The notes below the pieces were generated by a model. That model searched no databases. It was not told the origin of the DNA and saw only the letters and a list, made by a program, of their open reading frames with translations. A program made the translations under genes and the position numbers. From assembly GCF_018350175.1 (NCBI RefSeq), contig NC_058368.1, forward strand, positions 77,006,001 to 77,070,000: a stretch of 64,000 bases of DNA, written 5' to 3'. This DNA is from Felis catus (Eukaryota). Position 1 is the first letter of the stretch. Each line of letters begins with the position of its first letter. Positions 60,495 to 64,000 of this stretch are shown one piece after another.

Positions 60495-63400
60495 AAGCCA
60501 TAATCATAATCACCATCTAGTTCCAGAACACTTTAATCACCCCCCAAAGAAAACCTGGACCCATTAGCAATTACTTCTCTTTCTCTCCTCCAGCCTGCCC
60601 TTGCCAAACATTAATCTAATTTCTGTCTCTGGATTTGCCACTTCTGGGCATTTCATATAGATGGAATCCTACAGTGTATGATCATTTGTGACTGTATTCT
60701 TTCACTTATCATGATATAAACTTTGAGAAAGTTTCATCCATGTTGTAGCATATATTCATACTTTATTCCTTTTAATGGATGAATAATCATCCATTGTATG
60801 GATATACCACATGTTGTTTATTCATTCTTCGGAGATTTAGTTCGTTTTCACTTTTTGGCCATTACAGCTAATGCTGCTATGAATACACAGGTATACCTTA
60901 CTTGTGTGAGTATGTATTTTCAGCTCTCTTGAATACACAGCCAAGAGTGAAATTGTTGGGTTATATAGTGTCATGTTTAACTTCTTGAGGAAATGCCAAA
61001 ATGTTTTCCATAGCTGCTGAACCATTTTACATTCCCACCAGCAATGTATGAGAGTTCTGAGTTCCCCACATCCTTACCAACATTCTTTATCGTCCATCTT
61101 TTCCATTATAGCCATCAGGATGGGTGTGAAGTGATATCTCATTGTGGTTTTTATTTGCATTTCCCTGATGGCCAATGATGTTGAACAAATTTTCGTCAAC
61201 TAACAGGCCAGTTGCAGATCTTCTTTGGAACAATGTCTATTCACATGCTTTTACCATTTTAAAATTGGATTGTTTGCATTTTTATTGTTGAGTTGTAAAT
61301 GTTCTTTATATATTCTGGATACAAGAATCTCATCAAATTTATAATTTGCAAATATTTTCTACTACTCTGTGATTTGTATTTCCACTTTCTTGATGGAGTT
61401 CCTTGAAACCTAAAAACATTTAATTTTGAAGAAGGTCAAATTATCTTTTATTTTTTCGGTACTTATTTTTTTTTAATTTTTTTAAACGTCTATTTATTAT
61501 TGAGAGACAGAGAGACACAGAGCGTGAGCAGGGGAGGAGTAGAGAGAGGGGAGACACAGAATCCGAAGCAAGCTCCAGGCTCTGAGCTGTCAGCACAGAG
61601 CCCGACGCGGGGCTCGAACTCACAAACTGTGAGATCATGACCTGAGCTGAAGTCTGTTGCCCAACCAACGGAGCCACCCAGGCGCCCCTATTTTTTTGTT
61701 GCTTATGTTTTGGTGTCCAGTTGCCTCCTTCAAGTTCATGAGGATGTAAGCCTATGTTTTCTTGTAAGAAGTTTTTTTTTTTTAATTTATCTCTTAAATT
61801 TAGGTTGTTTGATATATTTTGAGTTAATTTTTGTATATGGTATAGGTAGAGATATAACTTTGTTATTTGGAATGGGGGTATCAAGCTGTCTAGCAGCACT
61901 TGTTGAAAATCAACTGACTGCAAATATAAGGGTTTACTTCTGGGCCTCAGTTATTTCCCATTGAGCTACATGTCTATTCTTACGCCACATCTCACTGTCT
62001 TCATTGCTGCAGCTTTGTAGTAAATTATGAATTCCAGAAGTATGCAGTCTTCCAACTTTGTTGTGCCTTTTCAAGGTGGTGTTCACTATTATGGTTCTCT
62101 TGCGTTTCCATACAAATTTTAGGATCAGTTTGTCAATTTATGCAGAAAAAATAAAAGTAGCTGGAATTTTGATAGATACTGTGTTAAATCTCTAAATCAA
62201 ATTGGGGATATTTGCTGTATTAACAGTATTAAATCTTCTGATTCATGAACATGGAATGGTTTTCCATTTATTTAGATCTCCTTTAATTTCTTTTAACAAT
62301 GTTTGTAGTTTTCAGTGTTTGTCTGACACTTATTTTGTTAAGTTTACTCATAGATATTTTATTCCTTTTGATGCCATTGTCAGTGGGGTCATTAACTTTA
62401 TGTTCAGATTGTTTATTATTAGTGTACAGAAATACAATTTATGTTTGTATATTGATTTGACACCTTGCAATCTTACTGATCTTGTTTATTAGTTCCTACA
62501 GTATTTTTCCATGTGTGTATGTCTGTGTCTGTGTGTCTGTGTGTGTGTTCCTGAACATTTTCTATGTCCAAGTTCATGCCATCTGAGAATAGAAATCGTT
62601 TTACTTCTTTCTTTCTTCTTTGGATGTCTTTTATTATTTTCCTTGCCTAATCTTCCTGGCTAGAACTTCCAGTACAATGTTGAGTAAATGTGACAGGAGT
62701 CAGCATCCTGTCTTGTTTCCTACCTAAGGGATAAAGCTTTCATTTGTTCATCCATTAAGTATGATATTGTTTGTGAGTCTTTTCGGTAGATTCCTTTCTC
62801 GGGTTGTGGATGCTCCCTTCTGTTCACATGTTTATCAGGTTTTCTTATCATGAGAGGATTTTGGATTTTGTCAAATGCTTTTTCCTCAAGGGACATGCTC
62901 GTGTGCTTTTTTGCTTCTTTATTGGATGAATGTGATGTATGGTATTGATCAATTTCCATATGCTGAACTGACCTTGCCTTTGCTGGAATAAATCTTACTT
63001 GGTCATGGCATATAATCCCTTTTGGAGGTTGCTGGATTGCTTTTGCTAGTGCACTATTGAGAATTTTTATGTCTATTTCATAATGAGTATTGTACTATAG
63101 TTTTCATTTCTTGAGATGTCTTTTTATTATCAGAGTAATATTGGTCTCAGAGAATGAGTTGGGATGTCCTCCCTCCTATTTTAGTTTTGGAAAGATTTTG
63201 TGAAGGATCGGTATTACTCTTCTTTAAATACTTGTAGAATTCACCAGTGAAGATATCTCAGCCTGAACTTTTCTTTGTGGGGAGTTTTCTTTCTTTCTTT
63301 CTTTTTTTTAAACTTGTTATATGTTTCTTCATATTTAAATTTTTTTCTTTAGTCAGTTTTGATAGTTTATGTCTTTCTAGGAATTTGTCCATTTCATCTG

Positions 63401-63830
63401 AGTTGTCTAATTTGTTTGGCATAGAATAGTTCATGGTATTGACTATAATCCCTTTTATTTTTGTAAAGATGGTGGTAATATCCCTTCTTTCATTCTTGAT
63501 TTTAATTAGTTCCGTCTTGTCTCTTTTTCTTTTTGTCAGACTAGTTAAGAGTTGCCAGTTTTGTTGATCTTTTCAAAACACCAATTTTTTATTTTCTGTA
63601 GTGTTTTTTTTTCTATTCTCTATTTCATTTATTTCTGCTCCAGTTATTATAATTTCCTTACTTTGGCTTTCTATTCTTTTTCCAGCATTTCAAAGTAGAA
63701 GGCAAGGATAATTATTTGAGATCTTCCTTTTTTTATATATGCACACTTACAGCTATAAATTTCTTTCTAAGCTTTGGACACATCACATATATCTTGGCAT
63801 GTTATTTTTATTTTCATTCATCTAAAGGTA
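60495..63830 (-). mobile_element. L1MB-like LINE, 3' UTR plus ~3 kb of decayed ORF2
   Basis: 3' UTR ttccagaacactttaatcacccccaaagaaa...catttcatatagatggaat; ORF2 motifs QQLWKTFWHFLKKLN and EKAFDKIQNPLMI; many stops and indels. Confidence 0.92.
61466..61688 (-). mobile_element. CanSINE inside the L1
   Basis: Antisense body ending ggagccacccaggcgcccc; degenerate TSD. Confidence 0.95.
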
Positions 63831-63842
63831 TTTAAAAAAATC

Positions 63843-64000
63843 TTTTTAACACTTATTCATTTATGAGAGACAGAGAGCACAAGCAGGGTAGGGGCAGAGA
63901 GAGAGGGAGACACAAAATTGATGCAGGCTTCAGGCTTCAAGCTGTCAGCATAGAGCCCGACGCAGGGCTCGAACTCAACAAGCTGTGAGATCATGACCTG
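63843..64000 (-). mobile_element. CanSINE, cut by the window edge
   Basis: gagagacagagagcacaagcagg...gagcccgacgcagggctcgaactc...gagatcatgacctg. Confidence 0.93.

Noticed and set aside
1..64000. CRISPR array, prokaryotic operon, numt or non-retroviral endogenous virus
   Set aside because: No regular repeat-spacer array, gene-dense segment, or recognisable mitochondrial or viral protein; the sequence is typical carnivore non-coding DNA throughout.

Overview
Mammalian genomic DNA, almost certainly from a cat (Felidae). It carries about 24 tRNA-derived carnivore SINEs (CanSINE/SINEC_Fc-type), three of them very young, plus eutherian L1, L2, MIR, MaLR/ERVL solo LTRs and hAT MITEs. It reads as intergenic or intronic sequence. 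I recognise no protein-coding gene, RNA gene, CRISPR array, numt or viral insert. The ORF track is explained by SINEs, microsatellites, decayed LINE ORF2 fragments and chance. The best non-repeat signals are: an orphan CpG island (~47.85-48.5 kb); a candidate 3'-terminal exon whose stop codon overlaps AATAAA inside a perfect hairpin (~12.69-12.78 kb); a near-consensus CTCF motif inside an old L1; several motif-dense enhancer-like blocks; and some informative TE nesting events. I could not substantiate a new biological system. The findings are modest, testable leads. Repeat subfamily names were assigned by eye from remembered consensus sequences and boundaries are approximate.
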